Notes under the pieces: generated by a model
Database searches by the model: none
What the model saw: only the letters and a program-made list of their open reading frames with translations
Told to the model about the DNA's origin: nothing
Origin: Geobacteraceae bacterium
GTDB taxonomy: Bacteria > Desulfobacterota > Desulfuromonadia > Geobacterales > Pseudopelobacteraceae
Direction of reading: 5' to 3'
Assembly (NCBI GenBank): GCA_025355325.1
Contig: JANXZX010000209.1
Location: 73,211-137,210 of the forward strand
Length of the DNA stretch: 64,000 nucleotides
Part shown: in pieces, positions 61,727-64,000 of the stretch
Position numbering within the stretch: position 1 is the first letter of the stretch
Layout of the letters: every line of letters starts with the position of its first letter
Made by a program: the position numbers and the translations under genes

Positions 61727-62995
61727 CTAATTTGAAGAATTTATTAATAGCCCACTGGAATTTTCTGTAAAAACTGCCAAATACTTAGCAATTATAGCAT
61801 CAAGTGTATATTTACTTTCAGCAGCAGATCTTGCATTTTTTCCCATTTTTACAAGGCTTGTTCTTTCTTTCCATGCTGTTAAAATTGTTTTAGCAAGCAA
61901 ATCAGGCTGATCAGGCGGAACAACCCACCCGATCCCTTCCTCATTAATAACAAGAGATAACTCTGAAGTTATGTCAGCAATAGCAATGATAGGTTTTCCG
62001 GCAGCCAATATATTATACATTCGGCTCGGCACTGATACGCCAGCCATGCCTGGTATAAATGATATTATAGCAACATCACATGCGTTTAATAAATTATTCA
62101 GCTCAGCTCGCGGTTGACTCGGCAACAAAGTAACATTTGATAACTCTTCTTTTTTGACAGCTGCCTCAAGCCATGATCGCTTCGCACCTGTACCAGATAT
62201 AATAAAATGTATATCGGTATCCAACTCATTAATTTTTTGCACAGCATTGATGAAATTTTCTAACCCGTGAGTTCGCCCCATATTGCCTGCATAAGTTATT
62301 ACCCATTTGCTAGTTAGATTCAGCATTGATAGAATGGAACTTGTAGCTCTCGGCAAAGGGTAAATATCATCAATATCGGACCAGTTAGGAATTATTACTA
62401 TTTTATCTGAATTTTGAAAGGCTATTTTTTTCTGAACTAATTGTCGCATGTCACGCCCCAGCACAATAATCCGGTAACTAGATCTGTAAAGTTTGTTGGA
62501 CAACCAGCTACCAATCTTTACCGTCACGCTGCCTGGGGAGGTTATACCAGCAGCAACTAGAACTTCAGGGTAAACATCATGAACCAAGAGGAAGTAGCGA
62601 GCTCGTTTTAATAGACATGCAAAAGCGATCAGGTATGGAAGTATGGGCGGATTGGTAACAACAAGGACACGATCTATTGATGACATTCGAAATAGCAACT
62701 GAAAGAATATAGAAAAACTGATCGTTAACATGTTTATAAGGCGGAAAAAGATTATATCCTTATTAAATGCAGTTGCAGTGCAGCGGTGTATATCAACACC
62801 TTTTAGGTGTTCATATTTTGCAGCCTTAACACCTCGTGAAGAGTATGTAGGCTGAACACACAGTACGTTCACAGAAAATTTAGCCGCGAGTCCTTCAGCA
62901 ATTTTTGTAAGAAAATATCCTGTTGATGTTTCCTCGGGATAATATAACTCAGTAACTACGAATATTTTGCCAGATCGATTACGCACAGTCACCAC
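61727..62995 (-). CDS. Glycosyltransferase family 4 (WcaI/WbuB-like)
   Basis: The 422-aa ORF starts with a GTG. The N-terminus KIFVVTELYYPEETSTGYFLTKIAEGL is typical of WcaI-like GT4 enzymes. The C-terminal GT-B half carries an E-x7-E-like region. Confidence 0.8.
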   Translation of the reverse strand: MVTVRNRSGKIFVVTELYYPEETSTGYFLTKIAEGLAAKFSVNVLCVQPTYSSRGVKAAKYEHLKGVDIHRCTATAFNKDIIFFRLINMLTISFSIFFQLLFRMSSIDRVLVVTNPPILPYLIAFACLLKRARYFLLVHDVYPEVLVAAGITSPGSVTVKIGSWLSNKLYRSSYRIIVLGRDMRQLVQKKIAFQNSDKIVIIPNWSDIDDIYPLPRATSSILSMLNLTSKWVITYAGNMGRTHGLENFINAVQKINELDTDIHFIISGTGAKRSWLEAAVKKEELSNVTLLPSQPRAELNNLLNACDVAIISFIPGMAGVSVPSRMYNILAAGKPIIAIADITSELSLVINEEGIGWVVPPDQPDLLAKTILTAWKERTSLVKMGKNARSAAESKYTLDAIIAKYLAVFTENSSGLLINSSN

Positions 62996-63004
62996 TTCAA
63001 ATTC

Positions 63005-64000
63005 TCAAGATAATTTTTCTAAATAACTAAACAGTACCCTTGCCTTGTTTTTCCAACTAAAATTTTCACTTATGTAGGTTCTACCTAATTGACCCATCTG
63101 CTCCAGTTTATCAATCCCCAAGAGGTAGGCTTGCTCCATAGCGGAAAATAGTGGTTGGCGGTCCGGTTTAATGTAAAATCCGCATCCTATTTGTTCAATC
63201 TCATTCCAAGGAGTTCCAGTAGTAGTTATGACAGGCCTTTCACATGCAAGTGATTCCGCAATAATATTGCCGAAGTTTTCACTGTAGGATGGTAGGACGA
63301 CCACATCAGCCCTTCTAATGAGCTTGATCTTGTCATTTCCGTAAACTCCATTTATATAGATAATATTTTCTTTCTCATAATCTAAATTGAAACGCTTAAG
63401 ATACCCTTGATGATCCGGCCCCACAATTAAGAGTAAAAAAGCCCTTTCAGGATATTTAACACTTAGCATACGGTAAGCCTCAAAAAGAATGTCCAACCCT
63501 TTTTCCTTGTCTGTTCTTGACATAAAAAGAAATATAAATCTTTTGTCACGAAAACCATCATATGAATATTTATCAGGGAGATCATTGTACATCTCCAAGT
63601 CGATGCCGTTCGTCACATTGATGACATTGTTAAATCCCAAAGCACGGATTGCTTGTTCTTCCATATCAGAAGTTACATGAATAAACTGTGCCCGACGCAT
63701 AAGCGGTAACGTTATTAGCTTAATATAGAAGAATTTTTTCCATTTTTTGTGGGCAACGCGCCACGGTTCAAGGCCGCCTCGTGTTGCAACAATGAACGGC
63801 TTGCATAATAACACTGCATAAAGCTGGGCTATCGTTACAGGAAAAGTAAATATCCCGTTTATGAGCAATACATCCGCTTCCCGAACATCTTTGAATATTC
63901 CAAGTACCGCGTTGAAGGAAACAGCAAAACCATGAAAGAAAATTGATTTATAACATTTCCCTTTTTCACCGATAATTCGCTGCACACGTTCCGGAGATTT
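63005..64000 (-). CDS. Glycosyltransferase (GT-B fold, GT1/GT4-like), 5' end beyond the window
   Basis: The frame remains open to the window edge (…KSPERVQRIIGEK…). The C-terminal half has VLPSYSENFGNIIAESLACERPVITT, a GT4 EX7E-type motif. Confidence 0.75.
   Translation of the reverse strand, partial: KSPERVQRIIGEKGKCYKSIFFHGFAVSFNAVLGIFKDVREADVLLINGIFTFPVTIAQLYAVLLCKPFIVATRGGLEPWRVAHKKWKKFFYIKLITLPLMRRAQFIHVTSDMEEQAIRALGFNNVINVTNGIDLEMYNDLPDKYSYDGFRDKRFIFLFMSRTDKEKGLDILFEAYRMLSVKYPERAFLLLIVGPDHQGYLKRFNLDYEKENIIYINGVYGNDKIKLIRRADVVVLPSYSENFGNIIAESLACERPVITTTGTPWNEIEQIGCGFYIKPDRQPLFSAMEQAYLLGIDKLEQMGQLGRTYISENFSWKNKARVLFSYLEKLS

Overview
This 64-kb chromosomal window looks like a Desulfuromonadales or Geobacter-like deltaproteobacterium. 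That assignment is inferred from gene content and order only. I support about 65 CDS and one tRNA, and I see no rRNA and no CRISPR array.

Layout:
- 1-12.9 kb is core housekeeping: the rpsP-KH-rimM-trmD-(SPOUT-like)-rplS-rnhB cluster, a membrane metallophosphoesterase, mltG, archaeal-type phosphoglycerate mutase, sdh/frd CAB and tgt. One AT-rich Cys-rich Cas6-like orphan gene (7082-7993) is wedged in.
- 13.0-14.8 kb holds tRNA-Leu(CAA). Its 3' 66 bp is duplicated 1.6 kb downstream, and the two copies bracket an orphan AAA+ ATPase, which looks like an integrated-element remnant.
- 14.8-19.4 kb holds a Cache-HAMP sensor with an uncharacterised Cys-rich C-terminal module, a small internally duplicated protein, and acnB.
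- 19.7-34.8 kb is the most unusual part. A co-directional minus-strand gene string runs YdbH/AsmA-like giant, DUF1318-like lipoprotein, a ~2800-aa secreted beta-propeller/TPR/CHAT (caspase-like) protein, an SH3b protein and an M48 metalloprotease. It faces a DUF3187-like outer-membrane barrel.
- 34.8-39.0 kb is an AT-rich accessory islet. It carries DUF4160/DUF2442, TumE/TumA-like and VapBC pairs and a PIN remnant. It also carries three tandem paralogous small membrane proteins behind a near-consensus sigma-54 promoter.
- 39-50.8 kb holds dbpA, an acidic repeat protein with 5 x 33-bp in-frame tandem repeats, an ABC-2 exporter plus UbiD-family decarboxylase, a TPR protein, an AmmeMemoRadiSam-B homologue, scpAB, trpS and dut.
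- 50.9-64 kb is an exopolysaccharide locus (Wzz, giant Wza-like, Wzi, CapD/PglF-like, sugar transferase, epimerase, two glycosyltransferases). A DUF4143 ATPase interrupts it, and the inserted segment is flanked by a 33-bp direct repeat.

All family assignments come from motif recognition by eye and from memory of family consensus. No searches were run.
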